Of a stretch of DNA of 7,343 nt, positions 6,220 through 7,343 are shown in pieces. The notes under the pieces were generated by a model. It was not told the origin of the DNA, made no database searches, and saw only the letters and a list, made by a program, of their open reading frames with translations. The translations under genes and the position numbers were made by a program. Source of the stretch: a virus (taxonomy: Duplodnaviria; Heunggongvirae; Uroviricota; Caudoviricetes); the IMG/VR virus record IMGVR_UViG_2737471865_000005, positions 1 through 7,343 of that record; one strand, written 5' to 3'. Each line of letters starts with the position of its first letter. The stretch's first letter is position 1.

Positions 6220-7269
6220 TCAGCCTCGTTTGCTCTTAAGTCCTAAGTCATAGGCTTCAAAACGGATCACCTCTTCACCAAGCCAGTTGTTAAGCTCCTG
6301 CAGTCGCTTTTGCAGTGGCATCAGTTCATTGCGGACGAAAACACGGCTCGCCTTTTCCACATCACCGAAGCCGCCAGTGTTGTTGGGAATGATACCCATC
6401 ATTTGCGGCGGTACGCGGTGTGCCGCCATCATGTCGTCCCGACTCACGTTCTTGATGTTCAGAAATTCATCTTTCGCTGCGACTTCTGACAACGGGATGA
6501 TCTGAAGCCCGTCCTTTTTGCCGTTAGGCGAGTACATAAACAGGTTACGGAAGTTACCAGGACCTTTGGCACTTTTCATCGCGTTGCGGAGATTGTTCAC
6601 ATCCTCCTGATTCTGCGCTGCATCGGTCATGTACATGATGAAGCCAGCATGACTGCCGTTAATGTAATACTTTCGACGGAACAGCGTGGCGGACTCGTTG
6701 AGCAGGGCGGATGGAATGGCAGAAAGGTAACCTGGCAGACCATAAATCTCCTGGTTGATATCCGGCTCCATCAGGTGGAAGACGTTACCTTTTGTGAACT
6801 GATACGGCTGTGTCGTCAGGCTGTATTGCACAAACCAGTATGTTTCAAGGTCAAGCCCGCGCCGGGTGTATTTTGCCAGTGCAGGCTCCAGCGAAATAAC
6901 TTCACCGAACCGGTTCGTGCGCTTCTCCAGGTAGCCGTTACCAAAAACCAGATAGTCCTGCACAAAACGGGTAAATGCCTGCTGACTGAGAAGACGATGC
7001 GGAATATAGGTACTGCTGATAATGTCACGCTTAACACTGATGGGGGAGCTGTGATGCACGGCGGCGCGGAAGGTTCGCGCCAGGCCGTCAAAACTCACTG
7101 GCGGCTCATACCAGCGATCTGTCTGTACGCATTCCACATAGTCCAGCAGTTCGCGGCGGTCCAGAACAGGAACAGGATCGCCAAAGCTGAAAGCCTCTGC
7201 TGTTGGGCCATTGCCTGGTTTTGAATTGTGATCAGTTGTTGCTCGCTTATTATTTCTACGTTTGCTCAT
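6220..7269 (-). CDS. Q: Phage portal protein, P2 gpQ-like (349 aa)
   Basis: Full-length ORF of the size of P2 portal protein (about 344 aa), with N-terminal region resembling gpQ as I recall it (basic N-terminus, then AEAFSFGDP.PVLDR...RWYEPPVSF.GLARTFRAAVHHSS). Positioned next to cos and transcribed towards it, as in P2/186. Confidence 0.92.
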   Translation of the reverse strand: MSKRRNNKRATTDHNSKPGNGPTAEAFSFGDPVPVLDRRELLDYVECVQTDRWYEPPVSFDGLARTFRAAVHHSSPISVKRDIISSTYIPHRLLSQQAFTRFVQDYLVFGNGYLEKRTNRFGEVISLEPALAKYTRRGLDLETYWFVQYSLTTQPYQFTKGNVFHLMEPDINQEIYGLPGYLSAIPSALLNESATLFRRKYYINGSHAGFIMYMTDAAQNQEDVNNLRNAMKSAKGPGNFRNLFMYSPNGKKDGLQIIPLSEVAAKDEFLNIKNVSRDDMMAAHRVPPQMMGIIPNNTGGFGDVEKASRVFVRNELMPLQKRLQELNNWLGEEVIRFEAYDLGLKSKRG

Positions 7270-7343
7270 TCTGCCAGCTCCTCGTTAGCGAGAGGCCATT
7301 CGCACATAAACAGCATTTTCCAGTCCTCTGCTGATAATTCTTT
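7266..7343 (-). CDS. P: 3' end of the large terminase subunit gene (P2 gpP-like), partial, continuing beyond the window
   Basis: A - strand frame is open from the window edge and ends in a TGA that overlaps the portal ATG (ATGA), the classic coupled P-Q junction. Deduced C-terminus is ...EDWKMLFMCEWPLANEELAE. Only about 25 codons are visible, so the identity rests on synteny. Confidence 0.5.
   Translation of the reverse strand, partial: KELSAEDWKMLFMCEWPLANEELAE

Larger units (their letters stand above)
1..7343. mobile_element. Segment of a P2/186-like temperate phage or prophage spanning the replication region, SOS module, cos and the start of the late packaging operon
   Basis: Gene order GpA-like replication initiator, LexA-controlled tum/DinI-like module, cos-like sequence, portal Q and terminase P on the opposite strand matches the circularised organisation of phage 186 and P2 as I recall it. 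Recognition is from protein motifs and synteny, not a search. Confidence 0.8.

Noticed and set aside
6649-7224. 191-aa + strand ORF (with 6287..6505 on the + strand and 6816..7091 on the - strand) overlapping the portal gene
   Set aside because: Antisense or out-of-frame shadow ORFs inside the confidently identified portal CDS.
1-7343. Looked for CRISPR arrays, tRNA/rRNA genes, IS elements and terminal inverted repeats
   Set aside because: No regularly spaced direct repeats, no tRNA-like cloverleaf candidates with conserved T-loop sequence noticed, and no transposase-like ORFs. The AT-rich insert carries a single SIR2-like gene and no integrase or transposase within the window.

Overview
This window reads as the cos-spanning right-end/left-end junction of a P2/186-like (Peduovirus-type) temperate phage or prophage from an enterobacterial host. 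Left to right: a translationally coupled early/replication operon on the + strand (two small hypothetical proteins, a TraR/DksA-type C4 zinc-finger protein, a Dam-type N6-adenine methyltransferase, and the large HUH rolling-circle replication initiator GpA); a near-consensus LexA (SOS) box in front of a two-ORF SOS module whose second ORF is clearly DinI-like (phage 186 tum-type arrangement); a sharply AT-rich single-gene insert on the - strand encoding a protein with SIR2/sirtuin-like NAD-binding motifs; a candidate cos site; and on the - strand the portal gene (P2 gpQ-like) preceded by the 3' end of the large terminase gene. The most interesting element is the standalone SIR2-like gene, which sits where P2-like phages are known to carry variable anti-phage cargo (the old/tin position) and is a candidate compact NAD-depleting defence gene. 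All calls rest on motif recognition by eye and my memory of family sequences; no database search was run. My manual base counting disagreed with the supplied ORF track by 1 nt in one place (around 5820), so CDS coordinates follow the track and coordinates of small motifs are good to about +/-2 nt.
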